A stretch of DNA of 64,000 nucleotides from Hemiscyllium ocellatum (taxonomy: Eukaryota), in NCBI RefSeq assembly GCF_020745735.1, contig NW_026867467.1:910200-974199 (forward strand), in the 5' to 3' direction. The translations under genes were made by a program, and so were the position numbers. The notes under the pieces are model-generated. The model was given only the letters and a program-made list of their open reading frames with translations, was not told the origin of the DNA and ran no database searches. Of this stretch, positions 13,189 to 26,296 are shown one piece after another; the first letter of the stretch is position 1; the number at the start of each line of letters is the position of its first letter.

Positions 13189-14404
13189 CTATGAAACAAA
13201 AATCAAAGTCAATGAAAAATGCCCCTTTATGATACAAACACCTAATCTTCAGATTACTTCTTCACAGGGTGAAGATACCACCTTCAAAATGGCAACTCCA
13301 ACCATTGCTGAAACAATGCTTACTCTTGTTGATGTATTTTGATTTGTGAAAGCATTTGTGATTACCTGTGACATACCCTGTGTAATTATTCCAAAAGAAC
13401 ACTGGCTTTGTAACAAGTGAAAGCTGTGAAAAAAGTAAAATCATCGAAGATACCATTATGTAACCCATGGAATTACCTTTCTTTCAGAGTTTGTCTCTCA
13501 CTTAAGACCATCTATAGATACTTGTGACAAGAGTAATCTGAATATAATGAGTTCATTTCCATGTTCATAACCCTTAGGTGCAAGTGCTGCTGGTCACGCT
13601 GACTGCCAAATCACATCCCAAATTTTGGACAAATTATAAGAAATAATAATTATTCTCTTTGCAGAGTTATAAAGTGCTACAGGAGCAGTGAATATCCATG
13701 GAAATTCTGTTCATTGTATTTAACGTGATCAAAAATACTTTGCGTTATTGGTGTGATGTCATTCTCTAATTTATGTCATTGTTCCTCGTGGGCTGAGTTT
13801 GGAGTAGATCTGAAAACAAGGCACTGAGTACAGCATTGGATATCGAGAAGGACACCCATCTCCTTAAGTCTTTCCCTCCATTCAGTTAGTTCATGACTGG
13901 TCTGTACTTTCACTTTATTTACCAAGCTGCATTTTTTAATTTCTTCATAGAGCAGGGGAGAAAAAAAACCAAACAAAAGTCTTAAATTAATCTACAAACG
14001 TGTTGGAAATGTGCACTAATTTTATAGACATCCACTACCCACTGTGTAAACATCGCCACCCCAAACCAGGCTAAATCAGCCTGTCTCGAGTTCCTCGTTC
14101 ATTCATCCCTATTGTAGCATTCTTACCAGAATTTATTCTCCTGCCTCATCCACTAATTACAGAGAGCATCTTAAAGAGGCTCAGTGGGATCACGTTTATC
14201 CCAGTTCATCAAATGTGATACCCACTTGGTCTGTGGTCTGATCCCATAAATGAAATTAAAGAGCTCAGTACCAGATAAAAATCGATGTCGTACAATGTCC
14301 AAGGCCAACAGGTCATTCCTGAGCAGGGAGTGAAGCATTGAACGCATTTTGATTTATTTTCAAGTTAGGGTCACTGCATATTTTAACCACGTCATTTTGA
14401 GAGC

Positions 14405-14790
14405 ACAACATCATAAGATAGAGGATCAGAATAAGGCTGTTCGGCCAATCCAGAGTTTAGATCAGAATGATGCTGGAAAAGCACAGCAGGTCAGGCAGCA
14501 TCCGACGAGCAGGAAAATCGACATTTGGGCTCAAGCCATTCTATGGTCTTCTCCCCACAATAAACAAGAACCGATCCATCTCTGGCTTGAATATACACAG
14601 CCCTCTGCAGCAACAAGTTCCACAGATTCATCACCCTCTGGCTGAAGAAATTCCTCCCCATCTCAGTTCTAAACAGTGCCCCTTTGACCCTGAGACTGTG
14701 CCCTTGGATCCTAGTCTCGCCTACCAGTCAAAACATCTATTTACATTCACTCGACCTCAGTCTCTCAGTATTTTCTATGTTTTAATTAGA
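14405..14790 (-). mobile_element. CR1 3' end interrupted by a short PLE pseudo-LTR fragment (about 14466-14537)
   Basis: CATAAGATAGAGG tail; GCTGGAAAAGCACAGCAGGTCAGGCAGCATCC block shared with PLE family 1. Confidence 0.65.
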
Positions 14791-15148
14791 TATCTCTCCA
14801 ATATCCCCCTCCACCCCCAAACTTATCCTTGAAGCCACTACCAGGCAAGGATTCAGCACTCTGAATGCCTCTCCCAGCATGGTCAGGCAACAAACTATTT
14901 AACAAACTATTTCACAAAGCTCACTGTCTATATATCTACCTTCAACAGAGAGGAAACATGCTTTTCTGACTTGCCAAAATGTTGAATTATGAGCAATGCT
15001 AATGTAACATTCAAACTGAAATGAGATACGTGACATGCTGGGAAATGAGAAGCTGTACCGTGCTGTTTACTACGCCTGATAAATTAGTGTGTTTGATTCA
15101 CATCAGAGTTCAGAGTGATTTGTAGCTCTCCCAGTATGTGTCTCTTAC

Positions 15149-15460
15149 CCTGGAGTGCGGTGATGTTTTTACTTTGAATGTTCTCTTCGTGAGTGACCTG
15201 GCAGGTATAGACTGCGCTGTTGTACCATTCACCATAAGGGACCATCAGCCGACTCGTCACCGAGAAGTTCCCGTTCGCCTCACACACGGGAGACGTGATG
15301 AAGCCGGAATCCAAGCGTCGGCCATTTTTCAACCAAGTCACGTTGATTGCCTTCGGATGGAAATCGATGATTGAACAAACGACAGTTGCAAACTTGCTGC
15401 TTGCGATTTCTTCACTGGAGCTCACAGTTAGGAGAAGAGTTGGTGGGAGAGGACCTGTAC
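15149..15460 (-). CDS. IGHM: IgM CH2 exon ([11 protein letters not shown]...ATVVC...W...YTCQVTH...ALQ)
   Basis: C1-set domain, 312 nt, acceptor CCTAAAG, donor GTAAGA. Confidence 0.96.
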
Positions 15461-15739
15461 CTTTAGGAAACACATCGCATAAATTATCTGATGAATTTCA
15501 TAACAAATACAATCAGTTCTCATATATCAAGGTTTCTTGTGATTAATGGATACAAGAATCATAATTGTGCAGAGTGCTGGAGAAGCTGGGATCCACACAG
15601 AAAGATCATCAGGACAATGTGAAAGGCTAAAATTATAGGACACAGCAAGGGAGTCAAGGAGGCATAGAAACTATAGGCCAGTAACATCAGAAGGGAGATA
15701 GCAACATTGGATGGTATTCGTTTTAATGACAGAGTCTGA

Positions 15740-18490
15740 TGATCAAGGCAGATGAATTACCGGCATAAATGAGGAAATGATGCTGTTGCTATCACGGAGA
15801 CATATTGAGAGTGGGGCAGGAGTGGCTATTCAATTTTCCAGGATTTAGTGCCTTCAGGCGAGACAGGGAAAGATGGAAAAGGATGGGGGCAGGGTTTGCG
15901 GCACGGAATGTTGCTTCTGTCACAATTCTGACAAGAGTATTTTAGGCTGTAAAGAGAAATGAAATCATAGATACCTCCTCGAACAAAGGCAAATGGACAG
16001 TACTTCAAAACCAAAATACAGCAAACATAACTACTGGGAGAGCACGATAGGCCTTACTATAGATCCAAAAGACCAAGTGCAAATACATGGATAAATTTCA
16101 GAGATATGTAAATTAAATAGGGGAATGAGAAAAGAGGTTTTTAACTTCCTCAGCATAGGCTTGGATATTCATTTTGTCTAACGTTTAGAGGGAGCACAAT
16201 TCTGAAAATGCCCCCAGGAGAATATTTAAACAAAGTATGTGTTAATACAGAGAATTTTAATCCAGACCTTGCAAGAGAGGGGTGAACCTGAACTTAACTT
16301 TTGGGAATGAAGTCGACCCAGTGGGTAAAACATCAATGGTGGTGCACTTTGCAGACAGTGATCGTAAATCAGTTGGATTTCAGATTGTACTGCAAAGGAA
16401 TAGAAATTGGCCCAAAGTTCTGAAAAGGGGAAGGACAATTTTAGTAAGATCAGGTAATGACTTAACCAGAGTGGACTGGAAGCTGACACTTATTGGTAAA
16501 TCTGAGTCAGAGCAGTGTGAAACATTTAAGAAAGAGACAGGAAAATCATAGGGAGGACATTTCCCAGGAAGCCACTGAATGGGACCAAGAATGTAACGTG
16601 CTCTGGATACCAAAGGGCATGGAGGGTGAGATAAGGAGAAACAAGGGAGGCTTCCTGTCTATACTGGAATCTCAAAACAATAGAAATTAGTATGGAGTAC
16701 AGAACGCGCAAGGGGGAGTTTGAAAGAGAAAGGAATTAGAAGAGCAAAAGGGACCATGAGAAAATAATAGGAGTCAAAATAAAGGAAACTATTTTTAAAA
16801 GTTACAGGCTCATTCATAATAAAAGAATTATTCGGGAAACAGTAATGCCCATTAAGTGTTATTATTGGAGTGGAGCCGGAGGATTAGGTTGTGGTCAAAA
16901 CGAATGTGTTGTGTCAGTGTTCACTAGTAAGAGGGACAATGTGGGGACAGAAATCATGGAGCGGGGTTGTGATGTACTTTCAGAAATTAGGGCACATGAC
17001 GTAATGTTCTGTGTTGTCTTGCTAAATGAAAAGTGGTTATATTTCCAGGGCAGATGAAAAGTATACCAAGCGGTTGAGCGATGCAAAGGACGAAATAGTT
17101 GGGTCGCTAACAATAATTTAGAATTACTGTCTGGCCACAGCAGTTGTGCCAAGTGAGTGTAGATCAGCCAACGTTGCACTGTTACGCAGGACAAAGGAAG
17201 GGATAAATAATGAAAACACAGATCTGTCAAGCTAGTCTCAGTGGTAGGGAAACTATTGAAAAGTGAAATTAGTCTTCATTTGGAAGATAAATCAACAATT
17301 TTCAGCACGGTTTTATTGAGAGAAGTCATGTGTAACAATTTGATAGTAGTTTTCAGAGAGATAACTCGATGTCCAGATGATAGCAATAATCAGAGCCAAT
17401 GGGATCCGAGTTAATTTGACAGATTGGATCGAGAACTGGCTGAGTGATGGGAGCAGGGGATAATAGTCATCGGGTGTCTGGGTGACTGGGAATCTATGTC
17501 TCCTGGTGTTCTGTAGGGATTGGTGTTGATTTCCATGTTATTTCTCTTACATACCAATGATTGAGACTCAAATTTAGGAGAATTAACCAGTGAATTCACA
17601 GATGAAATGAAAACTGTCATGTTGGTAAGTCATGAGCATTATGGCTTTAGATTGCAGGAGGATAGAAAAGGGTTGGTTGTATGTGAAGAGAAGTTGCAAA
17701 TGGAAATTATTCTGGATAAATGTAAGGTAATGTAATTCGGCAGAAGAATCTGTGAGGTATGACATTTTGAATGGTGGAACCCTGGAAAGGCCTGAGGATC
17801 TTTGGTGCATGTACCCACCGATCCCCTATAGTACTGTGTCGTCTGGATAAAGAGACTAAGGAGGTGGGAGGATATTTGCTTTTATTAGCCTAGACATTGA
17901 CAATGAAGAATCGGGAGATGATACTGGAACTGGATAGAACACTGGTTAGGCCATACTGAAGCGTTGTGTGCATGTTATCGAAGGAATGTGATTACACTGA
18001 AGGCAGTATTGATGAGATTTGCCAGGATCTTGCCTGGGTTGGAGGGTTTTAGTTATGAAACTAGATGAGATAGACAGGAGTTTTCCTTGGAGCAGAGGAG
18101 AATGAGGGAGAAGATTATCATGATGTCTAGAATTATTTTAGGCATAGACTGGGTAAACTGGATGAAACCTTTCCCCTTGATGGAGAGATCAATGCCTCAG
18201 GGGCACAGGGTGAAGGTAAGGCCAGGAGGTTCCAAGTGGATCTCAGGGGAAAACAAAATCAAACAGAGGGTGGTGTTAGCCTGGAGCTCAGCACCTATAA
18301 GTCATGTAGAGACTGAGCCCCTCATAATAAGTATGAAGTATTGAGATGCATCCTTGCAAGGGCAAGTCACACAAGGCAATGGATCATGTGCTGGCACATG
18401 AGACTGGAATAGTTAGGTGGCTGTTATTGATAGGCGTAAACTGGATGGATCAAAGGGCCTTTTTCCTGTACTGTATAAGGTGATTCTGTG
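15740..18490 (+). mobile_element. Heavily degraded CR1 ORF2 (EN-RT-3' end) filling most of the CH1-CH2 intron, antisense to IgM
   Basis: AITET/RRDR/GGG endonuclease remnants, RT remnants, CR1 3' UTR; many stops and indels. Confidence 0.75.
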
Positions 18491-18564
18491 AAAATGGTTA
18501 TAAATAATGCCTTATTCATATTAATGCCAGATGCTCTGTTTATCTCAGTTCCCACAATACGTAC

Positions 18565-18873
18565 CTGGACATGGCATTTCTTTGCTCTTGTGTGACCCGT
18601 TGTGTTGAACCTCACAGTAGATTTTGCTGGGGCAATCTACCGCTGACCCGGGCAGGGTTAACTGGCTGCTCAGGGTGTAGGTTCCCTTCTTGTTTCTCAC
18701 TGATGGGTAAGTCTTCAATCCACCATTCGTGATTAGCACCCCACCTTTCTTCCAGGTTACCTTGGTGACGTCAGGGGAATAGTCCATCACCAAACAACCA
18801 AAGATTGTCGAACCGGTGCTGTGCTCCTCACAGGAGGAGACCAGGCCATAAAGCGTAGGGGGAGATGGTGTCT
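18565..18873 (-). CDS. IGHM: IgM CH1 exon ([15 protein letters not shown]...IFGC...W...KIYCEVQH...MPCP)
   Basis: C1-set Ig domain, 309 nt, phase-1 junctions, acceptor TTGTAG, donor GTACGT. Confidence 0.96.
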
Positions 18874-19218
18874 CTACAATAGAATGACCAATTGAGCATG
18901 TTAGTTTCTGTTAATTTGACCTTATCAGTTACTCAAATGTATCCTCAGCTGTAACCGTTTGCCAGTATGCTCCCGCTGAAGTCTACAGCATAACTGGAGT
19001 TTATTTTTGTTTCCTACCAGTTGCTGATCATGATCATTGGTTCCATCTTGAGAAACATGCCCTCGACCTTGACCATTGCCATATAATTTAGGAAGAAGAA
19101 CATCCTGATCCCACCCCAGTAACTGTTTGAAGATCTCACCAATTGACACTTTCATTGGATTGCTGTGAAGAGCAGAGAAGTTTCACAAAATACAAACCAA
19201 GGAAATGCAGGTTCATTG

Positions 19219-19536
19219 AAATTCTCCAGTGTGTGCAAACAGGCCATTTGGCCCAACAAGTCCACACCCACCCTCTGAAAAGAAACGCATCCAGACCCAT
19301 TCCTCTACCCTATTATGCTACGGTTAACCCTGACTAATGCATCTAACCTCCCAATCACTGAACACAACATTCGCAATTTCCCCAGCTTGTACAGATTTGG
19401 ACTGTGGGAGGAAATGCACACAGATATGGGGAGAAAGTGCCAACTCCACACAGACAGTTACCCGAGGCTGGAATGGAACCAGAGTCCCTAGCACTGTGAG
19501 GCAGCAGCGCTAACCATGGAACCAGCGTGCCGCCCC
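19219..19536 (-). mobile_element. V-SINE/HE1-type tRNA-derived SINE
   Basis: Reverse complement GGGCGGCACG... head, central TGTGTGGAGTT(T)GCAC domain, CR1-like tail. Confidence 0.85.
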
Positions 19537-19603
19537 ACTAGGTACCGTGCTGCTGGAAATACCCAACAGCTGGCAGTACCCCTGGAGAGAAATCAGAGTG
19601 AAT

Positions 19604-19880
19604 CATAGAACATAGAACATCACAGTGCAGTGCAGGCCCTTCGGCCCTCGATGTTGCGCTGCCCTGACATACTAATATGAAGCCCATCCCACCTACACTA
19701 TTCCATGTACATGCATAGGCCTGTCCAATGACAACTTAAATGTACTTAAACTTGGCGAATCTACCACCATTGCAGGCAAAGCACTCCATACCCTTACTAC
19801 TCAATGAGCAAAGAAACTACCTCTGCTATCTGTCTTATACCTATCTCTCCTCACTTTAAAGTTGTGTCCCCTCGTGTTTG
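19604..19880 (-). mobile_element. CR1-type 3' end
   Basis: CATAGAACATAGAAC tail and CR1 3' UTR. Confidence 0.75.
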
Positions 19881-19967
19881 CCATCCCCATACTTGGAAAT
19901 CAGGTCCAGTGAGCCTTCCTCACTTCTCAATGCAAGACAAAATGTTCTCTCTGGGAGGAAGGTCACT

Positions 19968-19988
19968 GCAGCAGCAGCAGCAGCAGCA
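19968..19988. repeat. (GCA)7 microsatellite
   Basis: Read directly from sequence. Confidence 0.9.
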
Positions 19989-20389
19989 CAGGCAGGAGCT
20001 GAGCACTGGGACGGGGAGGATGGCTGTCACGGCTGAACTCAGGCCAATTGTCTGGTAGTTGAAACATCTAATTTACAATGATCTGAATTCTGGAGGCCTC
20101 TGAAAAATGGAGGACCATTAAAGTTCAGAGACTTTGGAGTGTTACAGCTAAGTATTTATGTAAATATGATTTGAGAAATGAACAAGTAATCTTTAACTTT
20201 AATAACTATCAAACTGATACGCAGTTCACCACCAAACCTCATCTCTCAGACTAACCACTGCACTTACTCTGCCTAGACCTAAATTTCCACTCACATTGAC
20301 AAACCCCACCCTGCTATACACCCATTCATGCCCGGAACACACAACCCCCTATCACACAAAACACATCCAAGGCAATCCATATTGACAGT

Positions 20390-21050
20390 GTAGCTGAGCA
20401 GAGAGATCTCGGTGCCCATGTACACAGATCCCTAAAAGTTGCCAGCCAGTTTGATAGAGTTGTTAAGAAGGCATACTTTGTGCTGGCTTTCATCGATAGA
20501 GGGACTGGGTTTCAGAACCACGAGGTTAGGTTGCAGCTGTACAAAACTCTGGTGTGGCTGCACTTGGAGTATTGTGTACTGTTCTGGTCGCCACATTATA
20601 GAGAGAATGTGGAAGCTTTGGAAGAGTTCAGAGGAGGTTTACCAGGATGCTGTTTGGTATGGCGGGAAGGTTTAATGAGGAAAGGATGAGGGTCTTGAGG
20701 CTGTTTTTGTTTGAGAGAAGAAGGTTGACTTAATTGAGACATAAAAGATAAACAGAGGGTGGACAGTGAAAGTCTTTTTCCTTGAATAGTGATGGCTAGC
20801 AGGAGAGGACATAGATGACAGATGTCAGAGGTTGTTTCTTAACTCAGAGAGTAGTAGGGGCATGGAACGCACTGCCTGCAACAATAGTACACTCGCCCAC
20901 TTTAAGGGCATTTAAAAGGTCATTGGATAAACATATGGATGAAAATGGAATAGTGTAGGATAGATAGGCTTCAGATTTTTACACTGACCTGTGGAACCAT
21001 CGAGGGCTGAAGGGCCTGTACTGCACAGTAATGTTCTATATTCTATATTC
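20390..21050 (+). mobile_element. CR1-type LINE 3' fragment
   Basis: LAFIDRG...LQLYKTLV.LHLEYCVLFWSPHYR motif; TTCTATATTCTAT tail. Confidence 0.85.
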
Positions 21051-21664
21051 CAGATGGACATATGATCTCAATTCCTTTCAGTCATTTACACTCCTGCCAC
21101 CCTGTACCTGGTCCATGGTGAACCTGGCCCTGACTGGACCTGACACCATCATTTCCACAACCTCTGACAAAAGCCCACTACCCAAGACATGACCTCAGCC
21201 CTTGATCACTGACCTCTCATCTTACCCAAGACAACCTGTGCACATTGCATCCTAGCTCCTTTGGCATCTGTGCTTTACAACCTACCATTTTGCCAGACTC
21301 TGAGCTTTGCATTTTGACAACACGTCCACCTGTCACTTCATTACAGTGACCTTCCACCCCCTGAAACATCCTGGCACCCTGCCCATCTCTACACTAACCA
21401 GCCTGGCATCCTGCCCACCTCTCCATAAACCAGCCTGGCAAAGACAGACCTCCTGCATTTCAGCTCAAACTACCCCTCACCTACCAAGCACAATTCGACC
21501 AAATTATCCTGTGACCATTACCATTTCCCTTGATGCCACCTTGCCAGACAGAGTGCACGCAAGCTTACCCAGCAGCCAGCCTACCAGCCCAAACTCTCCC
21601 ACATGCCCAATCTAGCCCCTCACTTGCTCACCACCTTCCAACTTTGAGCCTATCCACCATAAAG

Positions 21665-21880
21665 TCAGTGAGACATAAAGTCGTAGAGCACCGAAACAGT
21701 TCCCTTGGTCCAGCCCATCCATGCTGACCAGAGTTCCCAAATTAAACTCATTCCACTTGCCTGCCTTTGGCCCATATCCATCCAGACCTATCCAGTTCCT
21801 GTAGCTGTTCAAATGGCTTCTCAATGTGGGACCTAGCTCTGCATTTACCACTTCCTCTGGCAGCTCATTCCAATGTTTTG
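21665..21880 (-). mobile_element. CR1-type 3' end
   Basis: Matches the reverse complement of CR1 3' UTR copies at 5700-5840 and 59730-59950. Confidence 0.75.
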
Positions 21881-22542
21881 GACAATTACAACATGAAGCC
21901 CTAACTCCTGCACTCAGTGCTCTGACCAATGAAGGTATGTGCGCCAAACACCTTCAACACACGAGGTACTTGAGACAACGCTTTCAAGAATCTATGAGTC
22001 TTGAATCTATGAATTTCTGTGGTGGAGAATTCCAAACGAATTCACCATTCTTGTGTTGAACAGTAAACAATCAGGTTCAATGTTATCAGTGTGTTGGGAA
22101 GATTGATGAGCAGCAAGATTAATGATGATCCCATGAATGGAATAGCCTTCTAGAGAGGCCGAGATGCCTTCTTCAGCTTCCATTTTGCATGCTGACATGT
22201 CCCTTCGGCAGCATATTCCAAAATTGTGATCCTTGAGGATAAGGGCACACATGCATGTGAAGCTTTCCTCCATATCAGACTTCAACTTAACTCTCAACTA
22301 TTTCCCTGCCCGTTTCCTCTTCCTCAATCACAGCCATGGGACTCACTTCCAAACAGCGCTGTGAATATGCTAATACCATACAAACTTCAGCAATTCAAAT
22401 AGACTGATGACAACTGGTTTCTCAAGGCGATATAAAAAGTCTGACACTTCCACACCTGTCTCGAGATTCAAACAACCACTAGAAGAATTGAAAATTATTT
22501 GAGGCACTTGTGTGTCTACACAAGATGACATGATTTCCTTTT

Positions 22543-22746
22543 TTTAAAAATCACACAACACCAAGTTATAGTCCAACAGGTTTAATTGGAAGAAAACTAG
22601 CTTTCGGAGTGACGCTCCACTATCACCTGATAAAGGAGCGTCACTCCAAAAGCTAGTGTGCTTCCAATTAAACCTGTTGGACTATAACCTGGGGTTGTGT
22701 GATTTTTAACTTTGTACACCCCAGTCCAACACCAGCATCTCCAAAT
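22543..22746 (+). mobile_element. Fold-back PLE-derived mini-element, hammerhead family 2 (core mutated)
   Basis: About 164-bp near-perfect hairpin 22545-22708 plus 38-nt tail; CAC-CTGATAA-AGGAG-CGTCA-CTCC-AAAAGCTA-GTG; 14-bp TSD CATG(A/G)TTTCCTTTT at 22529-22542 and 22747-22760. Confidence 0.8.
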
Positions 22747-22845
22747 CATGGTTTCCTTTTGAGTGATTTGACTGTGTTTTCACTGAATGAACAGAGCTAT
22801 TTCTTAATCATATAATAGGAATGAAGCTTCCCTCATTTTTAGCAA

Positions 22846-23048
22846 CTGCTGAAAATGTATTGCTGGAAAAGCGCAGCAGGTCAGGCAGCATCCAAGGAGC
22901 AGGCAGCATCCAAGGAGCCCTTCCTGAAGAAGGGCTCATGCCCGACACGTCGATTCTCCTGCTCCTTGGATGCTGCCTGACCTGCTGTGCTTTTCCAGCA
23001 ACACATTTTCAGCTCTGATCTCCAGCATCTGCAGTCCTCACTTTCTCC
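22846..23048 (+). mobile_element. Fold-back PLE-derived mini-element, hammerhead family 1 (GAAA>GACA)
   Basis: Inverted arms about 22848-22906 and 22955-23013; TSD CCTCATTTTTAGCAA at 22831-22845 and 23047-23061; ends CTCACTTTCTCC. Confidence 0.85.
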
Positions 23049-25764
23049 TCATTTTTAGCAAGGCAATCACACATTATATTTCTTGATTCCAGGGAAGTAT
23101 AGTGTTAAATTAATGAAATATGATGATTGGGATGTTTCAATTGGAAATTGTCAGATATTTAAAGTTTACTTTCATGAGCAATTAATCCCAGCCTCATTGT
23201 GTCACAGTACTCACAGGAATGTCTTTCAGAAATGGTGTCTCCCTTTGTTATGGGCAGTCGAATCAGTAAATCTGGGATAGTTTTTGCTTGTTAAACAAAG
23301 GTGTTAAAGAGCTTTAGCCAAAGGGAGACCTGTGGATTGAGCTCACAGATGCACCATGATCTAAGTAAGTGGGGGAACAACTAGAGGGGCTGAGTGCCCT
23401 CCTCTTGTTCCTACCTTCCTATCATTGTGTCATTCATTAAGCTAGCACTGGCCGTGAATACTTTTGATTAAAATATTTCGATAAATTAATTGTTTCACAC
23501 ATGCTTTAAAAAAAACTTCTGTTGATTATTTTGAACGGGATCACTGACATTCTCTATTTGAGTGATCAAAATAACTTCCACCCAATTACAGCAGCCACTG
23601 CACTCTGCAGTGTGTTGTTACTTCATAATAGTTTCTTGTGAAACTACAGCTCGAGATCAGGGCACTCAAATTCAATAACATCTCTGAACATTTGCAATTT
23701 GTTCAAATGCATCCTTTCTCTGAAGAACGTGTTTAATCGAACAGAACGTTTTTCAATGAAACAACAAACTTTAAATGCTAGAAAACCAAAATAAAGACAG
23801 AAACTTCTGAAGAAACTCAGCAGGTCTAGCAGCTCCTGTGGAGAGAAGGCAAGATTAACCTTTCCCATCCAGAGACCCCCTCTTCACCAAATTGTTTTCA
23901 TGTTTTTGGCACAAGAGCTCACACCCGTTGAGATAAACAGTGATTCCGTTGGCTTGACTCCTGTTGGAAAAAGGATTCTTAGCAGAGGTACTGGATGGTC
24001 TGAGATAGCAATGGAAGACCAACTGAAAAGCTATCACCATCTGCTGCAAGTGTTGGATTCAACGGAAACCCCCACAGTACTGAACAATCAAATTCAGCTA
24101 CAGCACTGGTTTAATATAAAGTAAAACAGCCTAAGCAAAATCTCATCAAATATACTTTGAAAATGTTTCATTCGGGATTATTTATAAATGATATTGTTAG
24201 AACAGCAAGTCAAAAGCTGGGATTTCTTTGAGCACTTACTCCATTAACCCCATCTAGCGATGCCCAAAAGCTTGTGAACAAATATTGATCTGGAAAAAGC
24301 TGCTAACCACCAAAATTCTGTTTAATGTCTAAGAGACACAAGTCAGGACAGCGATTGAATAGATTTCACTGGCCTCTGTGAGTGGAATTCCAACAAACAC
24401 CCAAACATCTCAATCTGCTTTCTTGTACTGAAGTAACCTGATAAGAGATGGTGTTACATACCTCTCTAACAGGTTGTAAGTGAACACAGGCCACCTGGCA
24501 CAGAATCAGGGACCCTACCACAACATCACAACAGACCTGAACACAATGAGCTCGACACTATCACGGAGAACACAGCTCACCTGTTTTGACAGTTTATAAA
24601 CCATGTTAGTTATTAACACCTTCCAACAACCAGGGATTGTTCCAGAATGTTTGTACAATGAAAGTAACATTTCAACATTTATCCAAGAATACTTTGACAG
24701 CTGGTCCAAATTGTTCAAACTCGATGGGAACTACAGAGCAATAAAACTAGGAATTGCATTGCCATCAATTCACTGTCACTAGATTCCAACCTCGAACTCC
24801 CTTCCTCTTTCCCCTGTGAATGTTGCTGCACCAGACGGTCTACTTAGTTTGAAAAAGATTATAATGTTTTGAAGTGTAATAAGACCATTGCCAGTAACAT
24901 TAAAAGCTGATAATTAGTTTTCAAATAATATGATGCAAAAAAAATTCTGATTTTACATTGTGCCACGAAACATCTCCTGCATAACTGAGGCACAAAGAAA
25001 ATATGCAGCATATTTCCCTCTGCCTCGCTCAATCAAATATCTCTTGTTGTCAACAACCAATTTCAAAACTCTTGCTATCTGCCTTTTGTTCCTGAAACGT
25101 TCGTTCTGATTGGAACAACTTAGTCAGGGCTCTCAATTCTGAGGCACCTAATCAAATATTGTATTTCTGGCAGATAAAAGTGGTTTTGAAGCGCGAGATA
25201 AAATTGAACTGTCAGAGACTCAGGTATCCGAACTGGACAATTTATAAATGGTCAGGACCGTGGACAAGTTAGTCAGAGATAGCACTGAAACAAACTATAC
25301 AACAGACTTAATCCCAGAGGATACATTGCTCAACTCCTCACGTCAAATATATTCACTGTAATTGAATATTCATCAGAGGAACTAACCAGTGGATTAATGT
25401 GAACGAGAATGTATTCACAATAAATATAAATAACCACTGAGTTCATAAACTTAATAAGTCATTGTATTTAACAAAATTATTGAGGTGGGAAATATCGCCA
25501 ATTAAAGCACAGATCTGGAGGAAATGGATTATTCTCTAAATTATTTTTACATATTCTTAAAACGTTCCTCGAATTGTGGAGACTTTGCATGCACTGCATA
25601 AACAATACTGCATTCCAGTGTGGAAAGCATTTCTGTTGAAGGAATTAGGGCAAGGTTATTTTCTTGTTAACTGCTTGTAATGAACGAAAATGTTGAAAAA
25701 GGTATGAATTGAAAACATGCTTCTGTCTGGAGTTGCCCACTTTAACGGATGTCTAAGTAAATAT

Positions 25765-26052
25765 GGCACTGCTGCCTCACAGATCCAGGTACCCAGGCTC
25801 GGTTCCAGCCTCGGGTGACGGCCTATGTGGAGTTTACACAATCTCCCCTGTGTCTGTGTGGATTTCCTCCCAAAATCCAAAGATGTGCAAGTCAGGTGAA
25901 CTAGTCATGCTATATTGTCTATAGTGTTAGGTGCATTAGTCAGGGGTAAATATAGGGTAGGGGAATGGGTCTGGGTGGGTTACGCTTCAGAGGGTCGGTG
26001 TGGACTTGTTGGGCCAAATGGCCTGATACATACTGCAGGAAATCTAATCTAA
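25765..26052 (+). mobile_element. V-SINE/HE1-type SINE, 5'-truncated
   Basis: GCACTGCTGCCTCAC head remnant, V domain, AATCTAATCTAA tail. Confidence 0.85.
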
Positions 26053-26296
26053 ATGATTGTCACACTGGACTAATGTGAGCAGATTCCTTCAGATCGCTAC
26101 ATTGCAATAAATCGATCAAGTATATTAGTTAAAATAAATATGACTCTATTTTCAGTGTTTGAATAAACAATGTGCTCTGTTATCCTCTAGTTCATGTCTT
26201 CTGCAAATTTGTGAACTCTGCATACGCCTGAACACATCGATGTAAAATGAATTTTCTGCGTTTGCAGCAAGTACTCCCATGGTTTTAAGAGGAGAG

